Shown here: positions 48,412-61,334 of the stretch, piece by piece
How positions within the stretch are numbered: position 1 is the first letter of the stretch
Layout of the letters: each line of letters starts with the position of its first letter
NCBI GenBank assembly: GCA_951406725.2
Contig: OX597816.1
Span: forward strand, 137,578,001 to 137,642,000
Direction of reading: 5' to 3'
DNA from: Octopus vulgaris
Taxonomy: Eukaryota
DNA: 64,000 nt
Translations under genes and position numbers: made by a program
Notes under the pieces: generated by a model
Database searches by the model: none
What the model saw: the letters and a program-made list of their open reading frames with translations, nothing else
Told to the model about the DNA's origin: nothing

Positions 48412-50429
48412 GAGGCAAGTGAATGTGGCAATGTGAGGTGGAATAGTCCAGATACTGAACTGTACTTCCATACTGAAGTAAACTAAAAAAAAAAAAAAAA
48501 CAGTATTGACTTACTCTCAAGTGCAGTAACTTTACTCAATATTGGAAGGCAACGAAGGCGTGACTGTTTCTGTAAGTTAGCGAGCAGAATCTAATATTTT
48601 GAAGCCATACAATTATTTTGACAATTTATTCATTAGAACGGAAGGAATTTATAAATAAAAAGTGGAGAAATGGTGTAGAAAATAAGCAGAAATATGGCGG
48701 CGAACTGAGCTGAATGGCGGGAGATTTTCGCAAACTTTACATCACAGCAATAATGCCTAATTGGATGCAACTTCCTGTTCTCTAGTCTTTATGTCAAGAA
48801 TTTACTGGAAGTAATTCATCAAGCCTCTCCCTCTAATTTGTAACGTCTCTTTCTTTATCTATTTACCTCTCTGTTTATGTTGCTGTTTTCACTCCATTTC
48901 TCGTTCTTTCTCTGCTTCTCTTAGTTTCTTTTAGTTCATTTAATGTTCTCTTCCGATCAGTTCTTACATTTATGTTTTTTTCCGTCACAGACTCACTCAT
49001 TCCTTCACTCAATTGGTTCCTACACATTCACTCATTCTTACTCACCTACTCGCTATATGTATCTCTATATTTCGTTATTTTCATATCTTCCCTCTCAGTA
49101 TGCGAAGATGCTTTATTACACAATACGGTCTATCTGCCTATATTCCGCACTCTCTTTTTTTTTCTCTCTTTTCTTTCTGTACCTTCTCTCTTTCTCACCT
49201 CGGTTTTTCTATTTCTATTTTCATTTCTCTTTCTCATTGTCTTTCTCTTTCTTCATCTTCAGATCAATCTTAGCTTTCCTTATATATCCACCGAAACGAA
49301 TGCACTCACCGTAAATCTATTGTCGAATAATTTGGTTCCTTGGCCGGTCAGTTAAGCACCGCAGCAGTTTGCATTAATAGAACTCCAAGAGAATTTAAGT
49401 GAATCAACTCTGATTGGGTATGTATGCTAAACTGCTAGCGCCCTCTTTTGAAAGGCGATCGAATAAGTAGGAAAACAGAATCCAACGTGAGCATATTTTG
49501 TTGATTGCTTTTGTCTCTAAGGAATGAGAAAATGTGTTCCGAAGGCGACGTTATGCACCATATATTGATGCGCTTGGCTGGTTTCTAGCAACTGGGAAAT
49601 AAGAAAGCAGCTTCAGTTGGAAGGCGGAATAATTTTAGTCGCACAAAGCACATGCTTAGATAGGATTTAGTTAATTAAGTGCACAACAGAACACCCCAGT
49701 TTCTGGAGTATTCTTGGTCGTTTTGTTATAATTGATTTTTATTGGAATTACGTGAGAAGTAAACCAGAAAATATTTTGGATACTGATTCAGAGATATGAA
49801 ACTTTACGTGATCGGTATATTGTTTTACGGAGGATAATTTTTTTCCGTATGCAATTGAAAATAGTTACAACCATAAACTAACTATTTTCACACCCGGATT
49901 ACAGACCAAGGGCATAGGATTTCAGTGCCAATTTACATAAATTTACTTAACCTGAAGACCGGAGAAGTTGATACACTAGAAAACTGTCTAATTATATTAA
50001 AAAAATGGAGGTTAAAATGAACTAAAGTACAACATATTGGGATGTATTATCTTAAAAAGGGTTTAACAATTGACTTATTGAACGATGGTATGGTATTCTA
50101 CCTCATACATAAGAATTCTAAGATTGGTTCTGCCACCACAACCGCCGCCGCCTTTACAACGACGATGATGACCACCCCACCACCACCGCCACAACCTCCA
50201 CCCCCACCATCACCACCACCACCGCTACTACTACTGCTACTACTGTAGTTGATGGTGATGATGAATGTGATCATGATGATAATAATAATGAGGAGGAGGA
50301 TGATAACCATGCATATAGAAACCGAGATAAGAAAGTTAGACCAAACACATAGTTAGTAATCCTTGTCCTAGACAGTGTGCAACACATAAATGAAAGAAAA
50401 GTTTAGAAAAGAAATTTTATAGACGAATA

Positions 50430-50642
50430 TGATTGGTGTCAAATTTTGTAACAAAGTCATCAGTTTTGTGGGAGGTAATAAGTTTTTTACATCGACCCCA
50501 TTGCTCAACTGGAACTTACGTTATCGACTTTGAAAAGATGAAAGTCAACCTCGGCGGGATTTCAACTCAGGATGTCACGACGTACGAAATGTCGCTTAAG
50601 CATTTTGCCCCATGTGCTAACGATTCTGCCAGCTCGCCGCCC
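50430..50642 (-). mobile_element. SINE family B
   Basis: Ends gctaacgattctgccagctcgccgcc. Confidence 0.8.
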
Positions 50643-51369
50643 AATAGATGAATACGATTAATATTTAAAACAGCGCCAAATACAAAACATAAGGTAATAG
50701 GTATAAATACCCTAGCTGTTCCAGTAATAAGTTATTTTTAATATTCTCAGTTTGAGACCTTGCTAGATCAGACCGGAAAACAAGTCCACATTCCTATACC
50801 GCTCCCCACTGATCACCACAAACATAGACCACTTTCCACATCATATTCAAAACAACTGTATTTCACAAACAAACTTAACCTAATTAATCCATTATTTTGT
50901 TGTTTTTACATCCATCGCCCCCTTTTGGTCATCTCATTACCACCCCCACTTTTCTTCAATGCCCTCCCTTTCAGATCTTTCCACCGCCTCCAAGGGGGCA
51001 GTACCGCCCCCTCTGGGAACCACTGATTTAGAATATACCACCCAAAATCTAATACTAAAAGACTATATATACTGCGAATACAAGGGGATAGCTGTCTAAT
51101 ACAACTAGAAAACTATTACACCATATCCACTGAAGGAATACCAAAGTATCTGTTCAGAATTGTGGAAAATTTATACGAATAGCTTAAGAACATGATCAAG
51201 GCAAACATCTATTCACATCTTCAACGAAGCTAAGGAATACAAAGCAGCGGCCTTGTTACACTTGAGCGTTTTAATCACCTCTATGACTTCAGCCTTTGTG
51301 AGGCTAGTCTTCGTTCCTTGTGTCTACCAGAAACTTTTATTGAGACTGGATTTAGGAGATCAGCAAACT

Positions 51370-52640
51370 ATTCTCTCAACATCCAAAGGATACTCTTCTC
51401 TGTAGAAAGAAGAACCCTGGCATATGTAGATGAGGGTTTCTCATGACGAAGCCGGCGGATGGTCTGCCAGACTCCAGCTTAACCCCAAAGTCCTTCCATG
51501 ACTTAGCCTTGAACGTTTTTACTGTCTCTTCTGCAACTCTCCTCGCCTCAGCGTTGATGCTTCTGATCTGGTTTCCTCCAATCATCATGGATCTACATAG
51601 CTTTTTCACTCTTCTGGTGTATTCAGAAGAAATCCTTTCCTTCATCCGGTTCATCATGTGGCCTAAATGTGAAATAATACTCTGATGCTTGTAACCTTCT
51701 CTGTTCACTTCTTATATACGCTCCTCATCTGCTTCACTGCTGTATACTTTTCGCCCTCTCTTCAGTTCGAGTACAGCACATGCATTTAGGACAAATGTCA
51801 TCTGGATGTCATATGAGAAGATTCGCACATCTTGGATAAGGGGGTCCAGTTGACCTCTGCTAGCTTCTTAAAGAGTCAAGTCATCCATGAACAGAAGGTG
51901 GTTAACTGGTCATGTGTTATTTTGCAGTTTGTACCTAATTCCCTTTTCAATATCAGGGATAGCAGTAACATGTTAATAAACGGTAGGAGAGACACGACGT
52001 CTCCTTGAAAGATTTCCTTCCTGATGTTGACTTGTCAATTTCCTTTCAACCCGCAGCTACCACTGTCTTCCAGGTCCTCATACTACTTCTGATTAAATGT
52101 ATCATATTTTTAGCTGCCCTGGCCTTCTTTTCTCTAACGGCATTGGTAGAGGCATACATAAAGGAATTTAACTCATTGAAAGCAACTTTATTTGCTTTCC
52201 CGACTTCTGATCTTAGCTTCATCTAATCATATGACTTTAACGATGTCAATCTTTTCCTTTCTTAAGGAGTATCGTTTCCTGAATTCAGCCGCGGAGATTA
52301 GCCAGTTCTTGACTAATTTCTTTTCGTAGCTTCCTACTTGAAGGTATCCTTAGGTTTTCTACAGCTGGCACATTTACCCCTTCCATGTCCAAGGTCTTGT
52401 TCAAACGCTATTCCTTCTGGAACTGAATTCCTTTGCAGTTCCTTTCGCACTGCCAATCCAATTTCCCTCTGATAGTCAATCTTTATATCCACTTTGTGAT
52501 TTTAATCTATCCAATCTGATCAGCCAGTCTTTGTTTACTCACATCCTTCAGCTCATCATGTTGTTAATGTGTTTTTATCAAGGCTCAAGTAAGCATGATC
52601 TGTAGCTTTGTTTCTCTGGTCCACTCTCAGTATAATATTC
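51370..52640 (-). mobile_element. Decayed R4/Dong-type LINE (N-terminal region and RT)
   Basis: Minus strand INHLLFMDDL, IRMTFVLNACAVL (F-G-x-x-K-C-like), EGYKH and SEYTRRVKKLCRS; the N-terminal ELKDVSKQRLADQI motif is shared with 55850-56185. Confidence 0.8.
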
Positions 52641-52691
52641 AAAGAACAATTCACTGTTCTCTTTTGTCCCTCCTACTTATTATTATTATTA

Positions 52692-52771
<80 letters not shown>

Positions 52772-53088
52772 TTCATCATCATCATCTAGATTTGTTACGT
52801 TATTTATTAAAGACTACGGAAGCATATATTATGGTTGGTACTGTAAATAAGCTAAAGACACTGATATGTTTTCTGCTTAAATGCGTTTTTAGAATTTATT
52901 AGCTCTGTCGAAATATTCATTTTTCATTCGCATTTGTACAGTTTGCATGCGCACATTTTTACCTTGATCTTTGCCCGAATATCTACAAATATCTACAAAC
53001 ATGATTAACAACTTTCAGTAGTGTTGTGCTTTCCGGAACTTTCACCTGCTTCAAACGTAATAAGAATGAATCAGAAAGTGAGAGAGAG

Positions 53089-53157
<69 letters not shown>

Positions 53158-53440
53158 CAACCAGAGAGAGAGAGGAGAGAATTGATAGAAAGAAGACATA
53201 CACGCTCATTCAACTGCATACACGGACTATTATAAATATTCAAGTATATATCTCCGTAGACCTACTAAGAGAATATTACACACAGTCATACACACACACA
53301 TGCTGACGCACAAGCGCTCGCATGACACACACACACGTATATGTATATAGATATACATACATTATATGAATATAGTTACACATATATATATATATATATA
53401 GACATGCACGCTCGCACACACACTCTCTCTCATACACACA

Positions 53441-53498
<58 letters not shown>

Positions 53499-53666
53499 AT
53501 GGTTGTATACTGTCAATCTAACAAGAACGTGACAGTATAGGGTACACCACCGCTGTATAGCCCTAGGAAGCATCGAACGCCTCCTGATGGCTTTGACACA
53601 TTTTTCCCTGTGTCCTTATATACATTTACGAAGGGGAGACAAACACCCCCGGCTGCCAGAACTGCA

Positions 53667-53711
53667 TCTAGGGACACGTGTTTCAGGATCGTTGTCCTTC
53701 ATCGGCCTAGA
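53667..53711 (-). ncRNA. Type I hammerhead ribozyme (CCGAUGA core variant)
   Basis: tctagg-CCGATGA-agga(caacga)tcct-GAAA-cacgtg-TC-cctaga; all three stems pair. Confidence 0.8.
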
Positions 53712-53903
53712 GTAGCAGACACCGGTCAGCTGGTGATATTTGCCTCGACTTCGTATTTGTATATATTTGTATACATGTCTCTACGAGAGATTTAGAAATT
53801 CAATATTTCTTATTTTGATAATCAGTGAATAGACTTCACTGAATATAGATATATACAAATACGAAGTCGAGGCAAATATCACCAGCTGACCGGTGTCTGC
53901 TAC

Positions 53904-53948
53904 TCTAGACCGATGAAGGACAACGATCCTGAAACACGTGTCCCTAGA
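53904..53948 (+). ncRNA. Type I hammerhead ribozyme (second copy, stem I closing mismatch)
   Basis: tctaga-CCGATGA-agga(caacga)tcct-GAAA-cacgtg-TC-cctaga. Confidence 0.7.
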
Positions 53949-54334
53949 TGCAGTTCCGGCAGCCGGGGGTGTTTGTCTCCCCTTCGTAAATGTATATAAG
54001 GACACAGGGAAAAATGTGTCAAAGCCATCAGGAGGCGTTCGATGCTTCCTAGGGCTATACAGCGGTGGTGTACCCCCTACTGTCACTTTCTTGTTAGATT
54101 GACAGTATACAACCATTATATCGCCCCACCACCGTACATGTCTCTACGAGAGATTTAGAAATTCAATATTTCTTATATATATACGTGTGTGTGTATGTAT
54201 GTATATATATATATATATATATATGTTCATACTTCAGGAATGAGGAAAAAAGAACGCCACAAGTTTACCGAGATATATATGGAAGTTGAAAAACCCATGT
54301 GTAGATAAATTTCCTCATTTCTCTTGCCTTTCTC

Positions 54335-54720
54335 TGTGGCTGTGTGATAAGAAGTTTTCTTCTCGACCAAATAGTTCCGGGTTCCCTCTCCCTGCGTGTT
54401 ACACTGGGAAAGTGTCTTCTACTTTAGCTGCGGGTCGACCAAAGTCTTGTGAGTGGGTTTGGTATACGTATGAAAGCCAAAAGAAGCTCTCCGTAGATTT
54501 GTGTCTATGTGTGTCTCTGTGTGTATCTATGCGTGTCTCTGCGTTTCTGTTTATCCCTTATCACCGCTTGACAACCAGCGTCAGTTTGTTTACGTTCCAA
54601 ACTTAACTGTTCGGTAAATAGGAAAAACAGCCTTAGAAAAAAATATTGAGATCTATTTATTTCTACTAAACTCTTCAGTTCAGTACCACAGTCAAATAAA
54701 TGAAGCAAATAAAAGGGAAT
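54335..54720 (+). mobile_element. Old SINE family A copy
   Basis: gtggctgtgtgataagaagtt...gggaaagtgtcttctact...accgcttgacaaccag. Confidence 0.7.
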
Positions 54721-55849
54721 AGACAAAAGATATCACTTAGTCAATTATTAAACGTAAAAAACTCTGCAGAAACGGAACAATGGACTATTATCGTGCTGAC
54801 AAATTATAGAATTAGACAACAAATCCATACTTTCTAAAGCTGATTAATTACTTTTAGAATTAATGTCCAAATATTTTTATGCTCTGGCAAGTATTTGTTT
54901 GTTTGCTAAAAGGTACGCTAAAATAATGTAGCAGGCACTTAACTTTTCACTCATACATGTACAAATGTATTTCGATAGGATTTTTTCTGCGAATAAAACA
55001 AGCACACTAATTGCAGTTTGCTCTTTATTAGTATTTAATTAATTCATTTATAAATTTATTTAAAACCCGTCTTCACACAACTGTGTTCTTTTCGCTGATG
55101 TATTTTTTTTTTAGTTTTAAGATATTGTCCATATACTTTTCGTATTTAGTATTGATAGGTATTTTATTTATGTCTTCATATGTGTGCATGTGGGTGCGTG
55201 CGTGTGCGTGCGTGCGTGTGTATGTGTGTATGTTCGTGCGTGTGTGCGTGTATGCATTTCCTTCAGTTGCTATTGTTGTCTTTTATTGTTCTACTGTTCT
55301 GTGATTTGGACAGTTAAAACTGTTTGCGTTCATTTTTCATTGCCTGTCCAGTCTTTCGCGTTAATCCTGGCGACAGCCGATCCGGTATGGATTCTGATGT
55401 TGTTATCATTATCATGAATGCCTCATGGGCAAGTAAGTTTTGCGGAGCCCTTTTCTCTCGAGAGACACACCTTGGCTCGAACACAAGGTCGTTGACCTGA
55501 GCATGTTCCTCCGTTCTAGCCCGTAACTCCTTGAGAAGTACTACCCGGAGTTTCTCGGCTAGTGGTGCAGTGTTAACACTATCCTCTTACTTAGTTTAGT
55601 CCACCAGCTGAAGTGGGGAACTGCTGTGTGGCCCTTGGAGTAATCAAATGAGAGATTAGGAGTTGAACGAAGGCCAGTGATGCCTGTCCATCTAACCATC
55701 TGGATTTTCCACAGCAAGGTGCAGCTACCAGACACCGAGGGTACTACCTCCACTTAGAGACTCCTCCACACATAATATTACGAGAACGAAATAGGAAATC
55801 AAAATACACGAAAGTGTACTCCCATATGAGTACTCACCTCCATATACAC

Positions 55850-56185
55850 ATACACAGATTAAACTCTGTCTTCATCCCAAACACCATTTGTTCCACGATG
55901 CCTCGCATCTCTTGACAATAGGTAGAGCACTTGTTTCGACAATCAAAAGCCTCGAAAATCCGTTTAGAATTCCCTGCAATTTCTTTTCACACTGCCACTA
56001 GAATTTCCCTCCTGTTCAATTTTTATATCCACTTCTCGATATTAATTTGTCCGATCTGATCAGCCAGTCCCTGTTCATTCACGTACTTCAGCTCAACGTG
56101 CCCGTAATGTGTTTTTTTTTTATCAAGGCCTAAGTAATTTTTTTCTGTAGCTTCGTTTCTCTGGCTCGCTCCTAATATAACATTC
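55850..56185 (-). mobile_element. R4/Dong-type LINE N-terminal fragment
   Basis: ELKYVNEQGLADQIGQINIEKWI, homologous to 52500-52620. Confidence 0.6.
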
Positions 56186-56806
56186 AAATATTCGGCTGAG
56201 GTAGGACCTACAGACAGAGACCACCAATGCAAATAGACTACCGGGATCGGATTAGTGAATTACTTAAGCGGCATTTGATGGGGGTAATCATCAACAGTTG
56301 TTGGGGTAGGGAATACCCTGAATTGGCGGTTGGATCCAATCTTCTCAATGATTCTTCAGTACCTTACCAACTTGGCAATACACGATTCCCTACGTAACAA
56401 CATGAAGAATAGTCAATAAAAATGATTGCACTGAATAATTTTTGAAGATTTTGTAACGTAATGGCGAATGATTGGAGGTGGGGGACACAGTATAGACTTA
56501 TATATGCCTTCCCTATTATCTTACTGGTACATATTTTATCTACTTCTCCATGAGGAACAGATGGAGTGAAAAGGTTGACAAATATTTCGAATATACAACA
56601 ACAAAAACAAGAGTAACAATAACGAGGGGCGTAGCAATAAGAAGGTAATGTTATATAGAGCAAATCATATGGAATGGTTGAGCGTAATGGTAGAGGTGGT
56701 GGTGGTGGTGGTGGTGTTAGTGGGGATAGAAATGACGATGGTTGTGTTAATGGTAACAGAGAGAGGAGCGAGAAAGAAAGGGAGAAAGAGAAAGAAAGCG
56801 AGAGGG

Positions 56807-56848
<42 letters not shown>

Positions 56849-57420
56849 CTAGTAGTAAATATAATGTGCTACGAAGGGTAAAATAACAAATTTGGTAGTT
56901 ATATCTGTTACTAGTCTAGACATAATGGCGACATTGACTGGCACGTTTTGTAATTAGGTGGTGGTAGTCCTTATTGGGACAACAACAACAACAACAACAA
57001 CAACAATAACACAACAATAAAAAAACAACAGCAACAACAGTAACAAACAACCAGCAAACGAACAAGCACCAGAAATACAACAGCAATGAAAACAAGACCA
57101 ATTATATCAATAAAAAAAATACAACAGTGGCGGTCGCGCAACATTAATAGCAGCAACAATATCATTAACAAACTACAAACATATATCCTCTACTAACAAC
57201 AACAACAACAGCAACTACCGCCACCATCATACACAACAGTAACAATAATAACAACAGCAAAAACACTAGACTGGTATGTACATTACAACGTAATCTCCAT
57301 ACAGTGTTGTATGGAACATCCTAATTGCAACAAAGGCAACAAACCAAACAGTTGCCATGGAAATGTAGGAATATATATATATGAGAATAATAAAAAGTTC
57401 TTGATACAGTATCATATATA

Positions 57421-57556
57421 TTTGAAAGAATGAATAGAGATGGCTTTTTGAGGGGGTAATTTTTATCTTAATCTTGACTCACTGTTAACATTATTGTTAA
57501 GATTAAAATAAAAATTAGCTCCTCAAAAAAAAAGCCATCTCTACTCATTCTTCCAA
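57421..57556. repeat. Hairpin/MITE-like element (second copy 58966-59068)
   Basis: gaaagaatgaatagagatggctttttgagg ... cctcaaaaaaaagccatctctactcattcttcc. Confidence 0.75.
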
Positions 57557-57573
57557 ACACATACAAACACACA

Positions 57574-57609
<36 letters not shown>

Positions 57610-57619
57610 ATAAACAATG

Positions 57620-57800
57620 TGCCCTTTTTAAAGCCTAGCCAGGCTCATGGGCCCGGTTTCCCGGTTTCTATGGCGTATGTGTTCCCCAGCTGGATGGGAC
57701 GCCAGCCCATCGCAGCATTACTCATTTTTGCCAGCTGAGTGGACTGGAGCAACGTGAAATGAAGTGTTTTGCTCAAGAAGACAACGCGTCGCTCGAAACC
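57620..57800 (-). mobile_element. SINE (family C-like core) 3' part
   Basis: gctgagtggactggagcaacgtgaaatgaagtgttttgctcaagaa is the reverse of the family C core. Confidence 0.75.
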
Positions 57801-57829
57801 ACGCGCCTCCACATATATATATATATAAT

Positions 57830-57932
<103 letters not shown>

Positions 57933-58059
57933 ATATATATATATTGTTATATATATATTGCCAGTTTAGCCAATAAAAACACACGCACTATATATTTGGT
58001 GTTATTTTGCTTCATGATATTTATTTTTACACAAAATCTTGCACAACAAATATTTAAAC

Positions 58060-58093
<34 letters not shown>

Positions 58094-58562
58094 GTGTATG
58101 TGTGTGTGTGTGTGTGAAGGCTTAGGGGTTAGGGTGTTGCAACAACGACCTGACGAACGCGATTTCAATTCCGAGACCGGGTGATGCGTTGTTCTCTCGA
58201 GCAAATCACTTTATCTATGTTGCTCTGTGATCACCTTGACACCTGACGCGTGGCAGATAGTGCACATGTTCAGGCAATGTTGATTTGATAGAGGGAGTGA
58301 GCTAATAAACAAATTATTTGTGCAGGTTGTTGGGCAAAAAGCCGAACGGGCGAATCTATCATACGCACACACATATTCATACATACGTACATATATATAA
58401 ATTCAAATTACGATGAACGTAAACAATCAAAGGAAGTTTGCTTAAAAAGCGTCGAGATGTCTTAGAAAGTTAAAGAAGTGATTTTAAATTCTCAAACGCA
58501 GAATAATGATAATAATATAGCCTGAACAAGATAAGCTACCCCTATTCTGCAGAAAAAGGCGT

Positions 58563-58642
58563 TGGCGGCTGGCTATGAGACTCGAACTCACACCTTCGTG
58601 ATTATGCATTCCGATCCTCTGAACCAATTAAGCTAAACCGCC
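58563..58642 (-). pseudogene. tRNA-like sequence (CAT here, CGT in copy 2 at 58877-58938) with A box, B box and T5 terminator
   Basis: GGCGGTT TA GCTT AATTGGTTCA GAGG A TCGGAA TGCATAA TCACGA AGGT GTGAG TTCGAGT CTCAT AGCC AGCCGCC A acgccTTTTT. G at position 33 and a 4-nt insert argue against a decoding tRNA. Confidence 0.65.
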
Positions 58643-59163
58643 CACATCACAAATTCTTCCGCAAATTTAAGATATATAGAAATCTTGCTTTATGAGACGC
58701 TATCATACGTTAAATTCAAATTACGATGAACGTAAACAAACAAACGAAGTTTGCTTTCGAAGCATTGAGATGTCTTAGAAAGTTAAAGAAGTGATTTTTA
58801 AATTCTCAAACGCAGGATAATGCTAATAATATAGCCTGAACAAGATAAGCTACGCCTATTTTGCAGAAAAAGGCGTTGGCGGCCGGCTATGAGACTCGAA
58901 CTCACACCTCCATGATTACGCGTCGCGGTGCTCTGAACACAGAAATAATTTATTCTCAAACGCATGAAAGAATGAGTAGAGATGGCTTTTTGAGGGGGTA
59001 ATTTTCATTTTAATCTTGACTCACTGTAAACATTATAAAATAAAAACTATCTCGTCAAAAAAGCCATCCTGGCCGGTAACGAAGTTTTCTGCAATATATG
59101 GATAGTTTATCCTGTTCATGCTATTGTATTAGCACTATCATGCATTTGAGAATATATTATTTC

Positions 59164-59596
59164 GGATCTTTTCGGTTTGAATGGCAGTTTTTTCTAGCGG
59201 TGTCATATGAAATTGTCACCCATAATTATGACCCTAGTATTGATCTATTGCATTCCAATCTGTTTTAGGGTTAGGGTTAGTTAGGGTTAGGGTTTGGGGT
59301 GGGGGGAAGAGTATCTTTTTTTCTTCAGAAATGTAAATAAACCCAATCTGTTTCTTAAACGAGGGACATATTCATACAACACAGAATGTCTTTTACCTCA
59401 ATGGACGTTATCGATTGGTTGAAATTGCAGAAATTGAAGAAAAAACCAACAAATATCTTACAAACTATAGAATTTTCTCAATAAAGCCAAGAGAAAAAGA
59501 TATTTTATAAACACATTCTACCAGTATACGAAGTTTAAAAGTGTTTAGTTACGTGGAAATTATTTTTAAAAACTGCCGCTCAAACCGGAAAGATCC
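59164..59596. mobile_element. MITE with about 29-bp TIRs, 8-bp TSD and internal TTAGGG repeats
   Basis: ggatcttttcggtttgaatggcagttttt / aaaaactgccgctcaaaccggaaagatcc; TSD attatttc (59156-59163) and attacttc (59597-59604). Confidence 0.85.
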
Positions 59597-59651
59597 ATTA
59601 CTTCTGTATCTTTCAATACATCTCAACGCTTCTTCATCGTAAATTGAAGAT

Positions 59652-59740
<89 letters not shown>

Positions 59741-60159
59741 CATGTGTATATATATGCTCACTTTTAATAAACACTGTTATACATATATGCACGCATACGT
59801 CGCGCGCGTACATACATATAATAGGTAGAGGAGTGGCTGTGTGGTAAGAAGTTTGCTTTTGAATCACGTGGTCCCGGTTCAGTCCTACTGCGTGTTCTCT
59901 TCGGTAAGTGTCTTCAGCTATAGCCAGCTGGTACCACTGCACAGAAACAATTGTTGTATTTCGTAATTAAAACATCTTTATTCTACCTTCTTGTATAAAT
60001 TTTTATATAAACTCTACACAGTAACAGAGTGCCACGTGGATATACAGCTTATGGAATAACACTGATCTTTGATAGCATATGGTAGCCGATAACAGTATAG
60101 AAGCTTATAAAATGCACGTTATGATGTCCTTTCATAGTTAATATTAAATATCTGTGTAA

Positions 60160-60535
60160 GGCGGCGTTCTGAGCTTAAAGTCCACCGAGGTCGACTTTGC
60201 TCTTCATCCTTTTGGAGTCGATAAATTAAGTACCAGTGTTGCACTGGGGTCGATCTAATCAACTGGTCTCCTTCCCCAAAATTTCTGGCCTTGTGCCTAG
60301 AGTAGAAAAGAATATTAAATATGTGTGTATGGCGGCGAGCTGGCAGAAACATTAGTGCGCCGGGCGAAATTCTTAGCGGTATTTCGTCTGCCGTTACGTT
60401 CTGAGTTCAAATTCCGCCGAGGTCGACTTTGCCTTTCATCCTTTTGGGGTCGATAAATTAAGTACCAGTTACGCACTGGGGTCGATATAATCGACCTAAT
60501 CCGTCTGTCTGTCCTTGTTTGTCTCCTCTGTGTTT
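60160..60535 (+). mobile_element. Two SINE family B copies in tandem
   Basis: ggcggcgagctggcagaaac.ttag...ctgagttcaaattccgccgaggtcgactttgcctttcatcc..ggggtcgataaattaagtaccag. Confidence 0.9.
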
Positions 60536-60989
60536 ATCATGCAACAATAATCAAATCCAGAAATTACTACATTTGACAATACAACACAAAACGCTCTGTC
60601 CTATACTACACCGTACTACATCGCATAAATACCTATACAATGCCATACTATACAATACCACATTACACTGTACTATAGTACATCATAGTACTCATTATTC
60701 TAATAAACAATATCTCTCAATGGTGATATACTCTACTACTATAAACATCATACAACATTATCATACACTGCATCACACGTGACACTAATATATAATACTG
60801 ATTTCAAAAAACAAAATAGAGGAGGATCAGTTAATTATGATTTTACTCAATATATTCCCCTCTCAGATTCACACACATATCTAATCCATGTAAAAGAACT
60901 CGAATGGTCAGACCTCCAACAAGGCCTTTTGCAACATCTTTAAAACCAGGAACTTTTCTGCACCCCCTCATGTGTAAACATATATATAT

Positions 60990-61029
<40 letters not shown>

Positions 61030-61054
61030 ATGTAAGTACACACACACATACCTA

Positions 61055-61131
<77 letters not shown>

Positions 61132-61132
61132 G

Positions 61133-61167
<35 letters not shown>

Positions 61168-61334
61168 GTCTGTATTTGTGTTTGTTCCCCACCACCGATT
61201 GACAACCGGTGTTGGTTTGTTTACATCCATCTCGTCATTAATCAGAGGTCTGTTCCACATGAGATGAACTGGGATTAAATAAAAGAAACAAAATCATCAT
61301 TGTAGAATCAATGAAAATGACAACAAACATTAAC

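Larger units (their letters stand above)
53498..54176 (+). mobile_element. Non-coding HHR-bearing element: 363-bp terminally redundant unit plus 269-bp inverted copy
   Basis: Inverted arms 53498-53766 / 53849-54117; 42-bp direct repeat at 53772-53813 and 54135-54176; flanked by (TA)n/(GA)n. Confidence 0.85.
58398..59650. repeat. 313-bp tandem repeat containing a tRNA-like cassette, followed by an inverted partial copy
   Basis: Units start at 58398 and 58711 (taaattcaaattacgatgaacg); inverted copy at about 59085-59163 plus 59597-59650. Confidence 0.8.

Noticed and set aside
55540-55700. HDV-like ribozyme in a GC-richer, LINE 5'-like segment
   Set aside because: A candidate P1 exists (ggcctt/aagggcc) but the P1.1 GG, P3/L3 and P2 could not be assigned.
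58563-58642. Functional tRNA-Met or tRNA-Thr gene
   Set aside because: G33, a broken anticodon stem, a 4-nt insertion before the acceptor 3' strand and differing anticodons between copies.
59265-59306. True telomere or chromosome fusion site
   Set aside because: Only four TTAGGG units, and they lie inside a TIR/TSD-bounded MITE.
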